Below, in pieces: positions 56,090 to 61,986 of a stretch of 61,986 nucleotides of DNA (position 1 is its first letter; every line of letters begins with the position of its first letter). The notes beneath the pieces are model-generated. The model searched no databases. It saw only the letters and a list, made by a program, of their open reading frames with translations, and had not been told where the DNA came from. The translations under genes and the position numbers were made by a program. This DNA comes from Candidatus Jorgensenbacteria bacterium GW2011_GWA1_48_11 (lineage in GTDB: Bacteria > Patescibacteriota > Minisyncoccia > UBA6257 > GWB1-50-10). The stretch covers positions 2,190 to 64,175 of the forward strand of contig LCPF01000002.1 in NCBI GenBank assembly GCA_001003475.1. The letters run 5' to 3'.

Positions 56090-57088
56090 ATGGCCAGCCA
56101 AACCGTCATCAAGCGCAGTCCGATAATCCTCATCCGCAATTTCGTGGGCGTAGAATTTTTGGCCTTCGTGGCTTATTGGCTTTCGACCGGTCACGGCTCT
56201 TACAAATCCGAAATTTATTCCCAAATTTTCCTGGCTGATCTGGTTTCTTACGAGACGGCGAAACTTTTATTCCTTTCGAGCGTCCAGCTTTTGATCACTA
56301 TCTATGTTTTTTTCAATTGGTATTACGAATCCTACCTATTAAAGCCGGGTTGGTTTACTCACAACTGGGGCGTCTTCCTTAGGAAGAAAAAAGATTTTCC
56401 TTTGGAAAAACCGATATCAATAAATATTTCCAGCGGTTTCTTATTGGGAAAATTACTGCATTACGGCTCGATTAAGCTGGAAAACCGCCATAAAAGCGTT
56501 TTTGTCTTGAAAACGATTTCCCGACCGCAGAATTATTTGCGAACCATTGAAAAAAGCATCGATCCCAATGCGCAGAGATTTGCCCAAAAACCCGACCTGG
56601 ATCAGTTGATCAGCCGCGAAGAAAACGAAAATCTGGAGTTTAAGTCGTCGCTTCGCTTTGACCAAAAAATGAACCAGCTGAACCGCGATCTCGAAAAATC
56701 AGTCATGAAAACCGTAGCCGCTTTCCTCAACTCCAAAGGCGGCTACATCGTGATCGGTCTTGACGACAAGCGCCGGCCGCTGGGCCTTGAGAACGACTAT
56801 AATACTTTGCAGCGCAAGGACAGCGACGGTTTTGAAAACCATTTTACCCAGGTTTTTAACGCCATGATCGGGCCGGAATTCAGGCAAATGGTGAAAATCT
56901 GGTTTCAGAACATGAATGATCGGGATGTTTGCATCATTCAGGTGGCGCCAAGCACGCGTCCGGTTTATATGAAGATCAACGATAACGAGCACTTTTTCAT
57001 CCGGACCGGCAATATCACGACCAATCTCAAATTCAGCGAAGTGGAGTCTTATTCCCGGACGCGCTGGCCCCGTCGGATTCCTGGCTGA
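56090..57088 (+). CDS. Membrane-anchored Schlafen/AlbA_2 domain protein
   Basis: 2 TM plus bPH-like N-terminus; EENENLEFKSS, AAFLNSKGG.IVIGLDD, FFIRTGN. Confidence 0.85.
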   Translation: MASQTVIKRSPIILIRNFVGVEFLAFVAYWLSTGHGSYKSEIYSQIFLADLVSYETAKLLFLSSVQLLITIYVFFNWYYESYLLKPGWFTHNWGVFLRKKKDFPLEKPISINISSGFLLGKLLHYGSIKLENRHKSVFVLKTISRPQNYLRTIEKSIDPNAQRFAQKPDLDQLISREENENLEFKSSLRFDQKMNQLNRDLEKSVMKTVAAFLNSKGGYIVIGLDDKRRPLGLENDYNTLQRKDSDGFENHFTQVFNAMIGPEFRQMVKIWFQNMNDRDVCIIQVAPSTRPVYMKINDNEHFFIRTGNITTNLKFSEVESYSRTRWPRRIPG

Positions 57089-57101
57089 AAACCATCCAAT
57101 T

Positions 57102-57130
57102 CAAAAACCCGCTTCGGGGGCGGGTTTTTG
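57102..57130. terminator. Bidirectional intrinsic terminator
   Basis: CAAAAACCCGC-TTCGGGG-GCGGGTTTTTG. Confidence 0.75.
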
Positions 57131-57142
57131 TCTTCGCGAATC

Positions 57143-57454
57143 CTACCTTCTCCTTCTTCGATTCCTTGCGCGGCGGGCTTTCCTTTGGACATCGTATTTG
57201 CGCCAAGCCTTGGCGGCTTTCGGTTCCATCTTGCCCAACTGACTTAGGGAAATTTTCCGCAAATCAGAAGTTCTGACCGCTACCTTACGCTTCGCGGCGA
57301 ATCTCAATACCGCCCGGGAAACGACATTCACCACGGTTTTCATTCGCTTCGCCGGCAAATGCACGTCTTTGCAGGCACTTTTGATGGCGCCTTTGACTTT
57401 CGCAGCCTGGAACGGCGCTCGCTTGCCCCCTCTTTTAATAACCCACTTAGCCAT
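57143..57454 (-). CDS. Stand-alone ATP-cone domain protein, very basic
   Basis: VIKRGGKRAPF...KV..AI..A, poly-Arg tail. Confidence 0.75.
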   Translation of the reverse strand: MAKWVIKRGGKRAPFQAAKVKGAIKSACKDVHLPAKRMKTVVNVVSRAVLRFAAKRKVAVRTSDLRKISLSQLGKMEPKAAKAWRKYDVQRKARRARNRRRRR

Positions 57455-57528
57455 AATTTTAATTTTTATAAACGGCCTTTATTTAATATTATTATACCAC
57501 TTTTGGACCTTTCTCTTTAAGTTTTTAA

Positions 57529-57566
57529 ATACTATTATACCGGACGATCGTCCGGTATAATAGTAT
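57529..57566. repeat. Perfect 38-bp palindrome; degenerate copies at 55334-55367 and 60713-60746
   Basis: ATACTATTATACCGGACGA|TCGTCCGGTATAATAGTAT. Confidence 0.85.
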
Positions 57567-57620
57567 CCAGCAAACGAATAAAAAACTAAAAGAAAATCCC
57601 GCTTTAGGCGGGATTTTCTA

Positions 57621-57962
57621 GTAAGTCATAAGCCGGATTCTGTTTAAACGATAATTTATCTGGGCCATTGATTACTCGCAGGCTCAAGCGGCACTCCCTT
57701 GCGGGCACGACCTTGCACTCAGTAAGGATTTAGCCGTTTCATCTCTGCTTTTTTATCCTTATGGCAGAGCTAGACCGACTAGCTTAGGATTGGGTCTTCC
57801 CGGTCTTTTCAAACCGGAACGTTTCTGATCGCACCTCTCGTCTTACGACGGCAGGCTGTTAGCCTGTACTTTTTTATCCGCCTCATCGGCGGAAAGTGTC
57901 CGGACTTTCCTCCCTGTTAGATAGCGCTCACGCGCATCTAATGGGGCTATCGTTTGACTTAC
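57621..57962 (-). ncRNA. rnpB: RNase P RNA
   Basis: GAGGAAAGTCCGG near the 5' end, AACAGAATCCGGCTTA near the 3' end, GTAAGTC/GACTTAC P1 helix, promoter upstream, terminator near 57593-57618. Confidence 0.95.
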
Positions 57963-58003
57963 TTTTGATAGTATAACTTATCATTGATTTTTGTCAAAAG
58001 TTG

Positions 58004-58477
58004 TTATAAAAGCTTGTTTTTTTCTTGTTCGGCTTCATTCAGGGCGTCGTTCAAGAGCATGTCCGCGATCTTGTTCTCTTCGCGCGGAATGAGCTTGAAC
58101 TCCACGGATTTGAAATCCTGCCTCAAGTTCCAAACATCAATGAAAAGAGGTTTTAATTCGTCGTCCTTGATCTTATATTCCCCTTTTAGTTGACTGACTA
58201 TCAATTCGCTGTCGGAGCGGATTTCTATCTCTGTTTCCAAAGCCTTGTCGCCGCCGACCAAATGTTTGGCCTTTTTCAAGGCAAAAATGACGGCTTTGTA
58301 TTCGGCCACGTTATTGGTCGTCTCGCCGATTGTTTCAGCATAGCGTTTGCCTTGCACTGAGCTGGTCGAAGTGCCGCCAGTCAACGGGCCGATCAAAACC
58401 CCGATTGCCGCCGGCCCTGGATTACCTCTCGATCCCCCGTCTGTATAAATAATGAGTTTTTGTTGTTCTTGTTTCAT
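58004..58477 (-). CDS. rnhA: Ribonuclease HI (RNase H-like)
   Basis: YTDGGSRGNPGPAA, TNNVAEY, SDSELIV, PREENKIAD. Confidence 0.92.
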   Translation of the reverse strand: MKQEQQKLIIYTDGGSRGNPGPAAIGVLIGPLTGGTSTSSVQGKRYAETIGETTNNVAEYKAVIFALKKAKHLVGGDKALETEIEIRSDSELIVSQLKGEYKIKDDELKPLFIDVWNLRQDFKSVEFKLIPREENKIADMLLNDALNEAEQEKNKLL

Positions 58478-58624
58478 AAGAAAATTAAAGAGTAATCCGG
58501 GGCCCGAAAGAGGGGTCGGGAGGAAAGTTTGGGGTTCCTCCCGTGTTGGAAAACAGTGAGCGGAGCGAACGCCAGAAACCGAGGGTGTCTGGGGAACAAT
58601 CCGCCCAGAGCGGATTGTGACGGT

Positions 58625-58676
58625 CCTGGATTCCCCGTGATCCCCCGTCTGTATAAATAATGAGTTTATCGGCCAT
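58625..58676 (-). pseudogene. 5' stub of a second rnhA allele (MADKLIIYTDGGSRG, then -1 frameshifted NPGP)
   Basis: AAACTCATTATTTATACAGACGGGGGATC is identical to the start region of the intact rnhA. Confidence 0.75.
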
Positions 58677-59550
58677 GTCTTTTTTGAATCAACCGCCAGG
58701 GCAATTTAGCATCGGCCGGCAATGTGAAGCCGGAGGATCCTTTATGCCCGCCGCCGCCGTACTTCACGGCTATTTTTGAAACATCGGCTTTTTCATTTGA
58801 TCGCAGGGAAACTTTTATGACCCCGTTCGCTCTCCACCAAACAATGGCCATCGGCGGCATCTTTTTATACAAGTGGTGGCCCAATTCCGATTCCAGAACC
58901 GGTGAATTTACGGCCAAAACTCGGTGGCCGTGAAATTTCACTATTTCCGCGTTTTGGGACACCTGTTCCATTAATTTATTTTGATATTTCAAAACGAATC
59001 TGCCCTTTTCTACGAAAGATTTTCTTTGCCGCGGGTTTTCTATTTCCCCGGCCAGACGATTCCAAACCTTGAAATTAAAATCGGAAAGATCCAGGCCGGC
59101 AATGATCTCCCGGGTATTCTTCATTTTGAATCGCCAGATATCCATATCTTCGACGTGCTTCAGCATCCGCGGCACTGCTTTCTTGGGACGAAAAAAACGC
59201 CAGGCCAAAACCGCACCGGAGTGCTTAACGTTAAAAACGTATTCGGAAGCCGCCTTAACATTTTCTTCGGAACTCGAATGATGGTCGATGATCGTCACCG
59301 CGTTTTTGTTTTCACGAAGCTTTTTCAATACTGATGGGCGGCAAGCATTGTCCAAAATATAAATTTGTTTGCCTTTGAGATCCTCTGGAATGGCGTAAGG
59401 CGAGACCGCCGCATATTCGGCCCTATTGCCGAATTTTTTCCAGGCGGACCAGGCGGCGCCGAAACCATCCAGGCAGTCCTTGTGGTAGAAAACGATTATT
59501 TTCTTGGAAAAAGACCTGTCGTTTTTCCGCTTATGAATCAATCTGGGCAT
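58666..59550 (-). CDS. DHH/DHHA1 phosphoesterase
   Basis: YHKDCLDG, IIDHH, SGA, SLRS, GGGGH. Confidence 0.9.
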   Translation of the reverse strand: MPRLIHKRKNDRSFSKKIIVFYHKDCLDGFGAAWSAWKKFGNRAEYAAVSPYAIPEDLKGKQIYILDNACRPSVLKKLRENKNAVTIIDHHSSSEENVKAASEYVFNVKHSGAVLAWRFFRPKKAVPRMLKHVEDMDIWRFKMKNTREIIAGLDLSDFNFKVWNRLAGEIENPRQRKSFVEKGRFVLKYQNKLMEQVSQNAEIVKFHGHRVLAVNSPVLESELGHHLYKKMPPMAIVWWRANGVIKVSLRSNEKADVSKIAVKYGGGGHKGSSGFTLPADAKLPWRLIQKRHGR

Positions 59551-59557
59551 GAATTAT

Positions 59558-60661
59558 TCATCTTTTCAATATTTCTATCCCCGGCAATTTCTTACCGGAC
59601 AAGTAATCGAGCATTGCTCCCCCACCGGTTGAAACGAATTTGATCTTATTTTCCAAGCCCAATTTCAGAATTATGGTCGTGGTTTCGCCGCCGCCGACCA
59701 GCGTAAATCCCCTGTTTCTGGCAACGGCTTTGGCTAACTGATAAGATCCTCTTTCAAAGCCTTTTTTCTCGAACAGTCCGACTGGACCGTTCCAGATAAT
59801 GGTTTTCGACTTTTTTACGAGGCTGATGAATTCAACTGTTGTTCTCGGACCAATATCCAGAATTTTGTCTTTATTAGCTCTGAAATCGCTCGGCAAGATA
59901 ATCTTTTGATTATGCAAGTATTTTTTTATGGGAGGAATGGCGTCGGGGTCAAAAAGCGAATTTCTAATATCCAGGCCCAGAGCCTTGAAAAAAGTATTGG
60001 CCGGCCCGCCGCCTAATAAGACCCGGTCAGCTTTATTCAGAAAATATTTGATGACACCGAGTTTATCAATCGCCTTGGCGCCGCCGATGATTAAGGTCAG
60101 GGGGTGCTTGTATTTGCGCATGGCCAAATCCAGATTCTTCATTTCCGACGCCAGGCTCAACCCGGCGTAATGCGGCAAAAATCTCGGCAAAACGCTTATG
60201 GAGGCGTTTTTTCTATGGGAGGCGGCAAAGGCCTCGTTCACGTAAAAGTCGCCCAAAATAGCCAGTTTTTTGGCAAAAACAGGGCTATTTTTAGCCTCCC
60301 CCGGCCAGAACCTGAGATTTTCCAGCAAAAATATTTTATTTTTTGAAAGATCAATGTCCCTCCTAAGACCGCGGAAATTATTGCCAAACGGCAGAAATTT
60401 GATCTTTTGGCCGAGCCTTTTTTCCAGGATTTTTGCCAAAGGGCTTAGTGAATATTTGCTGTCTTTCCACTTGGGCCGGCCGCGGTGGCTTAAAATGACG
60501 ATTTTGTTCTTATTCTTTAAGAGGAGTTTTATGGCCGGCAAAATCGCCTTGAGGCGGTAAGCGCTTTCTTCCTGGCTCGGTTCGATGTTCAAATCAACGC
60601 GCAAAAGACCGATTTGGCCGCGCCATTTCTTCAAATTCTTAGCGCTCATGTATCTAAGCAT
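59558..60661 (-). CDS. pgk: Phosphoglycerate kinase
   Basis: LRVDLN, SHRGRP, LENLRF, NEAF.SHR, GGAK, WNGPVG.FE, STGGGA. Confidence 0.95.
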   Translation of the reverse strand: MLRYMSAKNLKKWRGQIGLLRVDLNIEPSQEESAYRLKAILPAIKLLLKNKNKIVILSHRGRPKWKDSKYSLSPLAKILEKRLGQKIKFLPFGNNFRGLRRDIDLSKNKIFLLENLRFWPGEAKNSPVFAKKLAILGDFYVNEAFAASHRKNASISVLPRFLPHYAGLSLASEMKNLDLAMRKYKHPLTLIIGGAKAIDKLGVIKYFLNKADRVLLGGGPANTFFKALGLDIRNSLFDPDAIPPIKKYLHNQKIILPSDFRANKDKILDIGPRTTVEFISLVKKSKTIIWNGPVGLFEKKGFERGSYQLAKAVARNRGFTLVGGGETTTIILKLGLENKIKFVSTGGGAMLDYLSGKKLPGIEILKR

Positions 60662-60810
60662 CCATTCAATTATAACATTTAAAAATCAAAATCAGATTTA
60701 ATGTTTTCATCAACTATGATATCCGACGATCGTTAGATACAATAATTGGGTCTAATAAAAACTCCGGCCCGAGGGTCGGAGTCCCCGCAGAACGCGGGCA
60801 TTCGTCTCGC

Positions 60811-61254
60811 CTACCCCATGGCGATGGCGAACTCGATCTTCGCGGCACGCAGTAGGCGTCCCCAGAAGCCGAGCCGCTTGAGGCAGGTGTTGCAGATGAC
60901 GTCAGCGAGAAGCGGAACCGGGTTATCGGTGCAGGTGGCCTTGCCGCCGATGATACCGATTTCGCCGTTTCGCCGCTTCAGGATGAGAACGAATTCCCCG
61001 AAGCACTGACAGCAAATCTCAAAGCCCGCGCCCGTGATTTCTTCCAAGGGCGCGAAATCAGTGAGGCAGGTTCTGCAGACGGCGACGTATTTCACGCCGT
61101 CCTCGAACTCCCGACTGTTGTGAATCAGCCGGTCGCCGGAATCGAAGCAGGACACGCTTCCGTCTTCGAGAACCGCGAGACGAACCCGTTTGCCGCACCG
61201 GCGCCAGCAAGGAATACTCACGATTGCCGGCGCCTTCTCCTGAAGACCTAGCAT
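60811..61254 (-). CDS. Cys-rich (multiple CxxC) hypothetical protein in a stand-alone cassette
   Basis: CWRRC, CRTC, CCQC, CNTC; TTGACT at 61312-61317, GAGG SD, hairpin downstream. Confidence 0.6.
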   Translation of the reverse strand: MLGLQEKAPAIVSIPCWRRCGKRVRLAVLEDGSVSCFDSGDRLIHNSREFEDGVKYVAVCRTCLTDFAPLEEITGAGFEICCQCFGEFVLILKRRNGEIGIIGGKATCTDNPVPLLADVICNTCLKRLGFWGRLLRAAKIEFAIAMG

Positions 61255-61416
61255 CGTTCCCTCGCTCTGGCTGTGGTTGCTATTGATAGATTTACAACTT
61301 TTTTAGAAATAAGTCAAACCCGGTAGTAGAAATTGGGCTTATCCTTCGGATTTTCTCCGCCTTGAGCAAAGCAGTCCAATTTTCATTACCGGGAAATAAA
61401 AAACAGGACTTTTGGT

Positions 61417-61533
61417 TGCCGGCGTACCCTACTTTCCCGGCCGCCGAAGCAGCAAGTATCATCAGGCTTAAGCGATTTCACTTCCGTGTTCGGAATGGGA
61501 ACGGGTGGGACACGCTTAAGTTAAACACCAGCA
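61417..61533 (-). rRNA. rrf: 5S rRNA
   Basis: CCCACCCGTTCCCATTCCGAACACGGAAGTGAA and GATGATAC..GGGAAAGTAGG; ends approximate. Confidence 0.93.
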
Positions 61534-61551
61534 GACAAAAATCCTGTTTTT

Positions 61552-61621
61552 ATCCCTCACCCTTCGGAGATCGCTTCGCGTTTTTATTCACGAAGTGAAA
61601 AATCTCTGAAGGGTGAGGGAT
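61552..61621. mobile_element. 70-bp MITE-like element in the 23S-5S spacer
   Basis: ATCCCTCACCCTTCGGAGAT / ATCTCTGAAGGGTGAGGGAT, same TIR family as 36032-36168. Confidence 0.7.
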
Positions 61622-61634
61622 CAGTTCTTAGAGG

Positions 61635-61986
<352 letters not shown>

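Noticed and set aside
58485-58676. 63-aa ORF as a real protein
   Set aside because: It is an rnhA stub running into hairpin DNA after a frameshift.
55334-60746. Integron attC sites or dif site
   Set aside because: No RYYYAAC/GTTRRRY boxes with extrahelical bases, no integrase, and no match to XerC/D arms.

Overview
Chromosomal fragment that looks like a Patescibacteria/CPR (Parcubacteria-type) bacterium, code 11; the taxonomy is inferred from gene content. It holds a cohesin-dockerin surface locus, DedA/GT2 genes, an atypical panD, glmS, xth, a type IV pilus cluster, dnaX, ychF, scpAB, a dispersed dcw set (mraY, ftsW, murG, murC), gltX, rnpB, rnhA, pgk, 5S rRNA and the 3' end of 23S rRNA. 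The standout is at 17803-18320. A tRNA-Gln gene is split in its D-loop by two insertions of one double-hairpin element (CCCC-TA-stem-GGGG/TCCC-stem-TA-GGGA, no target duplication). One copy is an empty 58-bp element. The other is 389 bp and carries a GIY-YIG nuclease ORF whose start and stop codons lie in the paired arms and which reads in-frame through an intact replacement tRNA-Gln(UUG). The window also contains several families of small palindromic elements, some supplying start codons and some inserted in-frame in enzymes. There are repeated '5' stub + palindrome + fresh homolog' arrangements, four paralogous Cys-rich ~580-aa proteins (two sharing a 92%-identical 3' module), and stand-alone promoter-SD-ORF-terminator cassettes that contrast with apparently leaderless core genes. 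All coordinates and identities were read by eye.
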